From positions 1 to 64,000 of the forward strand of contig CAWBKB010000001.1 of the NCBI GenBank assembly GCA_963789265.1: a stretch of DNA of 64,000 nt, written 5' to 3'. Shown one piece after another: positions 41,544 through 50,715 of the stretch (positions are counted from its first letter, which is position 1; every line of letters starts with the position of its first letter). Position numbers and translations under genes: made by a program. The notes below the pieces were generated by a model, which ran no database searches, was not told where the DNA came from, and was given only the letters and a program-made list of their open reading frames with translations. The stretch comes from an uncultured delta proteobacterium. Lineage in GTDB: Bacteria > Desulfobacterota > Desulfomonilia > Desulfomonilales > Desulfomonilaceae.

Positions 41544-42240
41544 GGCGAAGGGAATTACCGTTCAGTATGGTAAGGCCAAGGCTGTAGAAGAAGTTTCCTT
41601 GAACATGGCCGAAGGAGACTTAATTTCCATCATCGGAAGTAACGGAGCGGGGAAGAGCACCATTTTACGGGCCTTGTCCGGATTGAAATCGCTCACCTCC
41701 GGAGAAATTTGGTTCCGGAATAAACGGATTGACGTGATGGACATTCACGAAATCGTGAAACACGGCCTTGTCCATGTTCCCGAGGGCCGGAGGCTTTTCG
41801 CTAATCTAAGCGTCCAGGCCAATCTCAAACTGGGCGCAGTGTTACGCCACGACCCTGTGGTCATAAAGCGGGACATGGAACAGATTTTTCAGTACTTTCC
41901 GAGATTGAAGGAGAGACTCAATCAAAAAGCCGGAACCTTAAGTGGTGGCGAACAACAAATGCTGGCCATAGGACGCGGTTTGATGGCCGCTCCTAAGCTG
42001 CTTCTGTTGGATGAACCTTCTTTGGGACTGGCTCCTCTGGTGGTCAACGAACTGGGTTCGGTGATTAAGCGCATCAATCAGAGCGGGATCAGCGTCATTT
42101 TGGTCGAACAGAATGTCCCGCTGGCCTTGCGCGTAGCGAACAGAGGATATGTACTTCAGGTTGGCCAAATTATTTTAGAAGGTGATCGTGAGGTACTCAA
42201 GAATAGTGCCCTCATCCAGAAAGCTTATTTGGGCGGTTAA
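41533..42240 (+). CDS. livF: ABC ATP-binding protein
   Basis: GSNGAGKST, VPEGRRLF, LSGGEQQM, LDEPSLGLAP. Confidence 0.92.
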   Translation: MLLKAKGITVQYGKAKAVEEVSLNMAEGDLISIIGSNGAGKSTILRALSGLKSLTSGEIWFRNKRIDVMDIHEIVKHGLVHVPEGRRLFANLSVQANLKLGAVLRHDPVVIKRDMEQIFQYFPRLKERLNQKAGTLSGGEQQMLAIGRGLMAAPKLLLLDEPSLGLAPLVVNELGSVIKRINQSGISVILVEQNVPLALRVANRGYVLQVGQIILEGDREVLKNSALIQKAYLGG

Positions 42241-42874
42241 CAGGAAACGCAGGACAGGACTTTCTTGACTGAGCTGGCAAGGCATAACATGTAGGCTATG
42301 CAGCCCTGTCACTCCTTTACCATGTGGTTGGCGCTGCAGCCTCAAGATACTATTGAGTCGATCTGACTTCCCGCGCCCATTACGTGGCCTTCTTTTGGTT
42401 TGTCCCACCCTATACCGGTAACAAGCTATGTAGAGGGCGAACCGAAGACCATGAAGTGGTCACCATATTCGACAAACGATTCGGATCCGATTGGAGAAGC
42501 TCTGAACAGGAGTTTTGGGACTGATTTGAAAAAGACTCTCCTTGGACGAAGCGGCGATCATAAAGTGAGTCATGTTAGTTTCTCGAACCCGCACAAACGT
42601 TTGATTGGCAAAGCCCCCGGCGAGCCTAGTTGAGGTTGGTCTTGCTCCATGTGCTGAGGCTGACCCGGTCTGAGATAAGCTCGCGTAAAGGCTGCACATC
42701 AGTTGTCACTATTTGTAGCCGATTTGCTCAACCGTCTTCTTGCTAGGGCTCTGTCCTATAGTTCCCTGCAAGGACTTACGAGCTTAACAGGCAACAGAAT
42801 TAGTTTGGGTGAGGATAGTGAGAAACGTCTCGATAAGCGGTGATGGATTTGCTATTGAGGCTCTTTTGTTCCTG

Positions 42875-43144
42875 TCAGGAGGAGGGCCGATGGGCAGCGC
42901 GAAACTACTGCTGATGGCTGAGCCTTCGCTGGGGTTGGCACCGATAGTGGTCAACGATCTGGCCGTGGTGATCGAAAGTTTAAATAGTCGGGGAGCGCCT
43001 GTGTTGCTCATTGAGCAAGGCATTCGTCTGGTCCTTCGCGTTGCGCAGCGGGGTCATGCTCTGCAAATGGGCAGGGTCGTGATGGATGCCGATACAGCAC
43101 ACTTTAAGGCCGGCCTTTTCAAAAATGCTTGCCTAGGCGGATGA
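42875..43144 (+). pseudogene. Decayed C-terminal fragment of a livF-like ATPase
   Basis: KLLLMAEPSLGLAPIVVNDL...LLIEQ...LQMGRVV; no Walker A, and Walker B D>A. Confidence 0.8.
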
Positions 43145-43195
43145 GGTAGACACCGAGATTCAACGGATTAATCATGATGAGGAGGAGGACAGATC

Positions 43196-43957
43196 ATGCG
43201 CTTAGAAAACAGAGTCGCGCTGGTAACGGGGGCTGGGACAGGCCTAGGCAGGGCCATCGCCAAAAGGTTTGCCGCAGAGGGTGCAAAGGTGGTTGTCAAT
43301 GATATCAATGGAGTCACCGCCAGTGAGACGGTTGACGAGATCAAAGCAAAGAGTGGAAGCGCTGTCCATATCCACGGAAACACAAGCAATGAGGCGGATG
43401 CGGAAAAGGCAGTCCGAGTTGCCGTTGAGACTTACGGGGGACTGGATATTCTGATCAACAACGCCGGGGTAGAAGTATGGAAACTGGTCCATGAATTGGC
43501 CGTAGAGGAATGGGAGCGCGTTATGAGCGTCAACATGAGGGGAGTCTTTCTCATGTCAAAGCATGCCGTTCGGCAGATGTTGGCACAGAACCGGGGAGGC
43601 AAGATTGTGAATCTCTCCTCCGCTGGAGGTCTCGTTGGTCTTCCGCAACTGGGGGCGTACTGCGCCTCTAAGCATGGCGTCATCGGGTTGACCAAGACTA
43701 TGGCGCTGGAACTACGGGCACACAACATCAGGGTGAACGCTGTCTGCCCTTCCTTCATTGATACTGAGATGGTCAGACGCTCATTCGAGCTTCTTAGAAA
43801 CCGGGGGGTGCCTATCGATGACCTTCTGGTCCAGCTTTCCGGACGCCTGGGTACGCCGGACGAGGTCGCCGATCTCGCCCTGTTCCTGGCAAGCGACGAG
43901 TCTTCCTTTGTGAACGGTGCGGCCATACCCATCGACAATGCCTGTACGGCCCAGTAG
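43196..43957 (+). CDS. Short-chain dehydrogenase/reductase
   Basis: TGAGTGLG, NNAG, YCASKHG. Confidence 0.93.
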   Translation: MRLENRVALVTGAGTGLGRAIAKRFAAEGAKVVVNDINGVTASETVDEIKAKSGSAVHIHGNTSNEADAEKAVRVAVETYGGLDILINNAGVEVWKLVHELAVEEWERVMSVNMRGVFLMSKHAVRQMLAQNRGGKIVNLSSAGGLVGLPQLGAYCASKHGVIGLTKTMALELRAHNIRVNAVCPSFIDTEMVRRSFELLRNRGVPIDDLLVQLSGRLGTPDEVADLALFLASDESSFVNGAAIPIDNACTAQ

Positions 43958-44019
43958 GCCGCTCTGCGAAAGCTCTTGCCGAGAGCGTTCCTCATGGCCT
44001 CTGGGGCAAGGCAAACCAC

Positions 44020-44319
44020 ATGGACAAACTCGTGTACCATACATCCCTGCCACTCGCTTCAAGGGTCGTCGCACGAACCCACATCGAACCTGTAGAAAGA
44101 CAAGAGATGGAGCAGTACCTACTCCATCACCTTGCTCTCACCGGCGTCAAATCCAACCTCTTCGATGATCCGGTCATCACAGCCATCCATCAAGGCTCAG
44201 GAGGAATATTCAGAAAGGCAAATCATCTGGCAAGAGGGGCTCTCATCGCAGCGGCCGACAGCCAATCTACCCTCGTTACCGCCGACCACGTCAGGCTGGC
44301 TGCCACTGAAATCTTTTAA
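44020..44319 (+). pseudogene. C-terminal fragment of an ExeA-like AAA ATPase (transposon-associated type)
   Basis: PLASRVV...YLLHHL...LFDDPVITAIHQGSGGIFRKANHLA; Walker motifs missing. Confidence 0.7.
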
Positions 44320-44612
44320 GCAACCAAAACCGGGCCGGCACTCCCGGCTCGGTCCACACAATCTAAAAAACCAGGAGGTCTGTCCCAAATAATCAGGAAA
44401 AACCAGTCAATTTAATGTGAGAAACCAACCCTGCTTTGTCAGGCGCACCAATTCTTGCGCTGGGGTCATTCTTCACGGTTGGATCTCCGGTTGACAGACA
44501 CGAATTAGATCTTCTATGATCAAGGTTCGCAAAGGCTTCGGCTTCCCTTTCGCCCGATCCGAATATGCCCGACACTTCAGGTGAAAACCACGTGCAAGCG
44601 TAAACCGCATCC

Positions 44613-46823
44613 ATGACTAAGGGTGACAGAAAAAGCACAAATTCCAGGCTATTGAAATTCGGCTCTCGGAAAGGAAGAGGCTGGATTGATGTAGGGGGGA
44701 CTCGAATGTGCCTCCTGGACATCCCCGGTGGCTGGCTTAGTATTGCGCGGTCAATAACTCTGTTCGCAGGAGAGGATACGGCAAAAAGGGTTTTGTTCGA
44801 AGCAGGGTTGGGAGAGACCTTTTCAGCGACGGCACTGGAAGCTGGAATTCTCAGTAGGACCTCTCAAGGCTTCAGGGATGCAGTGGACACCTATTCGGAG
44901 GCCGGCTTCGGAAACTTTATCGTGAGGGAATTAGGCTTCTCAGAAGGATACTCACGAATAATGTGCGAGGACACGTTTGAAGCATGGGCCTTGCTCAGCA
45001 ACGGAAAGGTCTTTGATTCAAGGGTCTGCTACTATTCTACCGGGGTTCTGCTGTCTTTTATGAAGCATATTTCAGGGAAAACGGATCTCGTGGCAACTGA
45101 GACAAAGTGTATCAGTAGGGGCGATAACGAATGTGAGTTCGTCATTGGACCGGAAGACCGATTGCTGCAACAGGGAATAATTTTGCCCGAATGGGGCATG
45201 ACTATTAGGGAGAAGGCGGAATTCCTTGAAAGCCTTTTGGAAGAAAAGAGGAAGGTGGAAAAGGAAATCCGGCGGAAAAATATCGAATTGGCCTTGCTCA
45301 ACAAGATTTCTGCTACAGTCAATCAATCTCTGGATCTCGAAGAGATCTCGAATCTTGCAATCAGCGAACTTCGGAAAATGGTCATGGATAAGGCCGTTGC
45401 TATTTATGTAATTGATCCGAAAGAGAATGAGCTTATTCTGACGGCACATGAAGGATTTTCCGAGGAGTTCTTTACAAGCGTCAAAAAGCTCGACGTCGGG
45501 GAGGGGCTCACTGGAATTGTTGCCCGTGAAAAAAAGGCTATGGTTTGCGACGATTACGCGCAATGCTCCGAAGCAATCGAGTCGGCGGTACGAGAAGAAA
45601 AGATCAAATCTCTTTTATCCGTCCCTCTGATGGCCAAGGAGGTAATGGTTGGAGTTTTAACTATCACAAGTAAAACTCCATACCATTTTACAGACGAGGA
45701 GATAGCTCTTATGACTCATATCGGCAATCAGTTAGGTATGGCAATAGAGAATGCCCGATTGCATGAAGAAATCAAGGAATCGGAAAGCAAATACAAGACA
45801 CTGGTTGAAGACATTAACGACGGGTATTTCGTATCCCAGAATGGTAGAGTTGTATTCGCAAATAATGCATTTCTGACCATGAGTGGGTACGCGAAGGATG
45901 AGGTCATCGGAAGAGATTTCAAAATGTTTATCTCCACTGAATCTGTCCAGCACGTGAAGAAAACCATAGTGGACATGATGATGGACGAAATAGTTCCGGA
46001 GCATTTAGAATTTTTTAGAAAACATAAGGATGGAAGAGACCTGCCGACAGAACTGAAAATCGATTTGTCGGAATTCGATGGCAAGCCCGCAGTGATAGGC
46101 ATATTTAGGGACATCAGCGAACGTAAAAGACTGGAACAAAAAATCCTGGAGAATGAGAGACTGGCATCCATCGGACAACTGGCATCGACGATTGCTCATG
46201 AAATCAGAAATCCTCTTGGTGCAATCAAGATGAACGTCCAGATTCTTCTCAAGACCCTGAATATCCAAGGATTCGATAAGGAACGACTCGAAATCGCTGA
46301 AACTGAAATAAAGCGCTTGGACAGTTTCCTGCACGATATGCTGCATTTTGCCAAACCCGTTAAAATGAAGACAGACCTAAATTCCATTTGGGACATAATT
46401 GATGAATGTGTGGCAAGGCTCTCTGAAAGGCTGAGCCAAGCCAACATAAAAGTCCTCCGTAACAAAGTGGCAACGATCAGAAAGATACCGCTGGATTTTG
46501 GGAAAATGGAAGAAGTTTTCCTAAACATAATACTCAACTCCATAGACGCCATGCCGCGGGGAGGAGAAATAGAAGTTTCTGCTTTCGAGGCTCAAGAGTC
46601 AGGTCAATCGATGATACGGGTTGACATCAGAGATAATGGTGTAGGAATACCGGCAGGGCAAGTGCGTATGATCTTTGAACCTTTCTTCAGCACCAAGACT
46701 GAAGGCGTAGGTTTAGGCCTATCGAACGTTAAGAAAATAGTTGAGGCCCACCGCGGAATCATTGAGGTGGAAAGTCGCGTGAATTTGGGAACTTCTTTCA
46801 AAATCCTGCTCCCTGCGAGGTGA
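44613..46823 (+). CDS. Sensor histidine kinase with XylR_N/V4R, GAF and PAS domains
   Basis: V4R (ETKCISRGDNECEF), GAF (GEGLTG...LLSVPL), PAS, AHEIRNPL, EPFFSTK.EGVGLGL. Confidence 0.92.
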   Translation: MTKGDRKSTNSRLLKFGSRKGRGWIDVGGTRMCLLDIPGGWLSIARSITLFAGEDTAKRVLFEAGLGETFSATALEAGILSRTSQGFRDAVDTYSEAGFGNFIVRELGFSEGYSRIMCEDTFEAWALLSNGKVFDSRVCYYSTGVLLSFMKHISGKTDLVATETKCISRGDNECEFVIGPEDRLLQQGIILPEWGMTIREKAEFLESLLEEKRKVEKEIRRKNIELALLNKISATVNQSLDLEEISNLAISELRKMVMDKAVAIYVIDPKENELILTAHEGFSEEFFTSVKKLDVGEGLTGIVAREKKAMVCDDYAQCSEAIESAVREEKIKSLLSVPLMAKEVMVGVLTITSKTPYHFTDEEIALMTHIGNQLGMAIENARLHEEIKESESKYKTLVEDINDGYFVSQNGRVVFANNAFLTMSGYAKDEVIGRDFKMFISTESVQHVKKTIVDMMMDEIVPEHLEFFRKHKDGRDLPTELKIDLSEFDGKPAVIGIFRDISERKRLEQKILENERLASIGQLASTIAHEIRNPLGAIKMNVQILLKTLNIQGFDKERLEIAETEIKRLDSFLHDMLHFAKPVKMKTDLNSIWDIIDECVARLSERLSQANIKVLRNKVATIRKIPLDFGKMEEVFLNIILNSIDAMPRGGEIEVSAFEAQESGQSMIRVDIRDNGVGIPAGQVRMIFEPFFSTKTEGVGLGLSNVKKIVEAHRGIIEVESRVNLGTSFKILLPAR

Positions 46824-46826
46824 AGC

Positions 46827-48170
46827 ATCGCTCTAAGGATACTGATAATCGACGATGAGAGATCCATCCGTAAGTCCCTTGAGATGTTCTTTCAAGAGAA
46901 AGGATATGACGTACTCACTGCTGAGAACGGCGAAAAAGGGCTGCTGATTGTCGAAACCGAAAGGCCCGAAATACTGATCTTGGACATCCGCCTGCCCGGC
47001 ATGGATGGATTGGAGGTGCTGCGCGCGGTGCGGGCCAGGCATCAAATTGTCAGTGTTATTGTGATCACCGCCTTTCATGACATGGACACTACGATCCAGG
47101 CAATGAAACTTGGGGCCTATGAATATATCCACAAGCCTATTGATAGTGACGAGCTGGAAATCGTCGTTGACAAGGTTGCCAGAAACATCAGGCTGAGCGG
47201 GCGGTTGGAAGATTTAATTACCGAAATTTCCAGGGATTACAAGGTACATAACATCGTCGGCGAGACGTCGGCGATGCAGGAAATCTTTAAACTTATAGGT
47301 CTGGTGTCTGAAAATAGAGCGACAGTTCTCATACAGGGTGAAAGCGGCACTGGCAAAGAGTTGATTGCCAAGACCATTCATTACAACAGCCAATTTGGTA
47401 GAGAGCCTTTTGTTCCCGTAAATTGTTCAACGCTTGTTGAAAATCTGTTCGAAAGTGAATTGTTCGGGCATGAAAAGGGGGCCTTCACCGGCGCCGAGTA
47501 TCTGAAAAAAGGTAAAATCGAATACGCTCACAACGGGACGATATTCTTTGACGAAATAGGAGACACTTCTCTTTCGGTGCAAGTGAAGCTATTAAGGTTT
47601 CTTCAAGAAAGGGAGTTCGAGCGAGTCGGGGGAAAGGAGCTATTGCGCTCAAAAGCTAGAATAATCGCGGCCACCAATAGAGGCCTTCCCGGACTCGTGG
47701 CCGAAAAGAGCTTCCGACAGGACCTGTATTACAGGCTTAAGGTAGTGGAAATCCAGGTTCCGCCGTTGCGGGATCGGAAATCTGACATTCCACTTCTTGT
47801 CGATCACCTTTTGAACAAGATCAACGAAGAACTTCATAAGAAAGTGACCAAAGTTCCCAAGAACATTATGACTTGCTTGATGAATTATCACTGGCCGGGA
47901 AACGTGAGAGAGTTGGAAAATATACTGACCAGGGCTGTTGTGCGGTCCAAAGGCGACGTGTTATCGCCAGACGATTTTTCGGATCTCAACCTTAGCGATT
48001 CGTGCTCCGCTACACGGCTCCCCGTCAAGCGGCTGGAGGACGTGGTGAAACGTCATGTTTCGGAGATCCTCAGATACACGAACTGGCACAAAGGTAAGGC
48101 CTGTGAATTGTTGGGAGTAACGAGACCCACCTTGAGGGACATGATCAAGAAGTACAATCTTTACCCGTGA
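46827..48170 (+). CDS. Sigma54-dependent response regulator (NtrC family)
   Basis: Receiver RILIIDDE...LDIRLPGMDG, GESGTGKE, GAFTGA, C-terminal HTH; the frame opens at ATC 46827. Confidence 0.92.
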   Translation: MALRILIIDDERSIRKSLEMFFQEKGYDVLTAENGEKGLLIVETERPEILILDIRLPGMDGLEVLRAVRARHQIVSVIVITAFHDMDTTIQAMKLGAYEYIHKPIDSDELEIVVDKVARNIRLSGRLEDLITEISRDYKVHNIVGETSAMQEIFKLIGLVSENRATVLIQGESGTGKELIAKTIHYNSQFGREPFVPVNCSTLVENLFESELFGHEKGAFTGAEYLKKGKIEYAHNGTIFFDEIGDTSLSVQVKLLRFLQEREFERVGGKELLRSKARIIAATNRGLPGLVAEKSFRQDLYYRLKVVEIQVPPLRDRKSDIPLLVDHLLNKINEELHKKVTKVPKNIMTCLMNYHWPGNVRELENILTRAVVRSKGDVLSPDDFSDLNLSDSCSATRLPVKRLEDVVKRHVSEILRYTNWHKGKACELLGVTRPTLRDMIKKYNLYP

Positions 48171-48217
48171 CACGGCTACTGGTTCAAGAAGGCATCCCCC
48201 TTGCCGGCCTTGTCGAC

Positions 48218-48265
48218 TGAAAGAAACTTTCACCCCTCTGACTAAGAGTTTGAAAAAATCTTTCA
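48218..48265. promoter_or_regulatory. Paired palindromic enhancer (UAS) sites TGAAA-N5-TTTCA
   Basis: TGAAAGAAACTTTCA at 48218-48232 and TGAAAAAATCTTTCA at 48251-48265, 33 bp apart. Confidence 0.6.
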
Positions 48266-48348
48266 AGTCTCCATCTCGCATGAGCACCTCCCGTGCTTAA
48301 TCGACCCCAAAGTTTAATTATTTCACGGCACGATTCTAGAGCAGCTTT

Positions 48349-48364
48349 TGGCACAGTTCTTGAT
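48349..48364 (+). promoter_or_regulatory. Sigma54 (-24/-12) promoter candidate
   Basis: TGGCAC-AGTTC-TTGAT; -12 is GA instead of GC; lies downstream of the UAS pair and the bEBP gene. Confidence 0.55.
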
Positions 48365-48712
48365 GCCTTTACAGACGGCTTCTTCACAGCGAGCTTTGCT
48401 GTCGATCATCAGTCTTAATGTTTCAGAAACTCCTTGTCAGGTCATGCAACATCGAACGCCTCCTTAGGTTTTTCGAGAAGCATACTTGGCATGCTTTCGT
48501 GCCCACTTCACGTTGTGATGCGCCCATGGCCTTTCATGAGTGTTAGAGGAAGGGCTCCCTTCCCGGTCAATGAATTGCGATTTTGTCGCAGAACTCCTAC
48601 GCCGGATGCCATGCGTGGCTCGTTCACGGTGCATGCAGCTTGAGGTGCAAGGAGGTTTCACAGGATTTCTTGGACCTAGATCGGACCAAGACAACACAGG
48701 AGGACGATTTCA

Positions 48713-50683
48713 ATGGCCGCAGAACAAAAGTTTCCCAAGCTGATGGAGCCGGGTGAGATCGCAAACTTGACCCTCAAAAACCGCGTCGTCTCCGCACCCA
48801 TGGTTACTGGGTACGCCACACGCGATGGAATGGTCACCGAACGACTGCTAAGGTTTTACGCGGAGAAGGCCAGAGGTGGAACCGGACTGATTGTCGTAGA
48901 GTATTCCTACATAGACCAGGAAGCCAGCAAGTCGGCCTATTGTCAACTCGGAGTATATGATGACGAATGTGTCATAGGTCTCGCTCAGTTGGCAGAATGC
49001 ATTCAGGAAAATGGGGCGAAAGCCTGTTTACAGATAGAGCATTGCGGAAGGCAGAAGTTCATTGGGACTTTCCCAATGGTAGCGCCCTCTCGTGTTCCCT
49101 GGGAGGCCCTCTTGGCAATGGGAGCCGTGATTCCAACTGAGCTCGGGATAGAAGAAATTCGGCACATAGTGGAATCCTTCGGCGATGCTGCACGCAGAAC
49201 CAAGCAGGCTGGTTTCGACATGGTCGAAATTCACGGGGCCCATGGATACTTGATCACCAACTTCCTCTCTCGCCACACTAATCGACGCACAGACATGTAC
49301 GGGGGCAGCCTCCATGAGAGGATGAGATTTGGCCTTGAGGTGGCAGAGAACGTCAGAAAAAAGGTGGGACCAAGCTACCCGGTCTGTATAAGGCTGAGCG
49401 GGACTGAATACATCGAAGATGGTGTCATGATTGAACATACCATAGCCTTTGCCAAGGAGTTGGAAAACATCGGGATCGACGTTTTCCACATCTCTGGAGG
49501 AAATCACCACACAATGCACTGCCAAGTGGTTCCGTCAAACCAACCTCTCGCTTTTAACGCGTGGGCTGCTGAAGCGGTGAAAATGGAAGTGAAGGCCCCT
49601 GTCATTGCCTCTGGTTCCATCACCAGCCCGGAACTGGCCGAAAGTATCCTGCGGGAAGGCAAAGGAGATTTCGTGTCTCTCGGCCGGCCTCTCGTTGCCG
49701 ACCCGTATTTCCCAAAGAAAGCGGAACTGGGTAACCCTGAGGAAATTCGTCATTGCGTGAGATGTAATCAGGGTTGTCTGCAAAAAGGGATTATGGCCGG
49801 AAAAAGTCTCATGTGTTCAGTTAACGTGGCTATTGGTAGAGAAGATCGGTTTGCGCGCCTGCAATACGATGAAAATGATCCTGCACCGCTATCAAAAAGC
49901 GTCTTCGTGGTAGGCGGCGGGCCGGGAGGCATGGAGGCAGCGCGAGTCGCGGCTCTGCGAGGGCATAAAGTTCAGCTCTTTGAAAAAAGGGAGCAACTGG
50001 GTGGGGCGCTTCTCGAGGCTTCTGTCCCTGAATTCAAACATGAGCTCAAAGACCTGATTGATTATCTGTCCAATCAGCTGAAAAGACTCAACGTGGATAT
50101 CCATCTGAACACCGAAATCACGGCAGCCCAAATTCTCAAGAAACGTCCCGACGCCGTCGTAGTTTCAGCCGGAAGCAAGCCGTCCATGCCGGAGATTCCT
50201 GGGATTGAGAGCGAAAACTGCATCAACGGCCTCGAAGTGTACAGGGGAAAAGACGTCGGTGAGACCGTGGTTATAGTTGGTGGCGGCATGCTTGGTTCCG
50301 AATTGGCCCTTCACCTCGCGGAGAAAGGGAAAAAGGTCATTCTGACTACCCGGCAGGAAAAGATCGCTTATGACATGGAGATGGCCCACTTCATTGTGTT
50401 CATGGGAAGACTTGCGAACTCAGGCGTCCAGGTTCACACCAACAAATTGCTGTCCCAAATTACTCCCGAGGGAGTTGTCATGCTGGATCTGGCAAGGCTG
50501 GGAGAGAGGACGGAAGTGAAAGCGGATACGATCATCGTCATGGGTGGTTTTCAACCAGATCAGAGTCTGTGCGAACAGCTCAACGGAAACGGACTGCAAG
50601 TTATACCCGTAGGTGACTGCAACCAACCTCGCGGCATCCACGAAGCCATATATGAAGGCCATCTAGCGGCCAGATCCATTTGA
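48713..50683 (+). CDS. NADH:flavin oxidoreductase (OYE TIM barrel + 4Fe-4S + FAD domain; 2,4-dienoyl-CoA reductase/BaiCD-like)
   Basis: EIHGAHGYL, NRRTDMYGGS, CVRCNQGC...CSVN, VVGGGPGGMEAA. Confidence 0.92.
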   Translation: MAAEQKFPKLMEPGEIANLTLKNRVVSAPMVTGYATRDGMVTERLLRFYAEKARGGTGLIVVEYSYIDQEASKSAYCQLGVYDDECVIGLAQLAECIQENGAKACLQIEHCGRQKFIGTFPMVAPSRVPWEALLAMGAVIPTELGIEEIRHIVESFGDAARRTKQAGFDMVEIHGAHGYLITNFLSRHTNRRTDMYGGSLHERMRFGLEVAENVRKKVGPSYPVCIRLSGTEYIEDGVMIEHTIAFAKELENIGIDVFHISGGNHHTMHCQVVPSNQPLAFNAWAAEAVKMEVKAPVIASGSITSPELAESILREGKGDFVSLGRPLVADPYFPKKAELGNPEEIRHCVRCNQGCLQKGIMAGKSLMCSVNVAIGREDRFARLQYDENDPAPLSKSVFVVGGGPGGMEAARVAALRGHKVQLFEKREQLGGALLEASVPEFKHELKDLIDYLSNQLKRLNVDIHLNTEITAAQILKKRPDAVVVSAGSKPSMPEIPGIESENCINGLEVYRGKDVGETVVIVGGGMLGSELALHLAEKGKKVILTTRQEKIAYDMEMAHFIVFMGRLANSGVQVHTNKLLSQITPEGVVMLDLARLGERTEVKADTIIVMGGFQPDQSLCEQLNGNGLQVIPVGDCNQPRGIHEAIYEGHLAARSI

Positions 50684-50715
50684 CACCGAGAAATAGCCTG
50701 CAAGGAGCGTGCAAA

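Noticed and set aside
42241..42870. Long intergenic region as a riboswitch or ncRNA
   Set aside because: No recognisable conserved motif or strong stem by eye; adjacent to decayed gene fragments.
48487..48502. Second sigma54 promoter candidate TGGCATGCTTTCGTGC
   Set aside because: GG-to-GC spacing is one base too long for the strict -24/-12 geometry.
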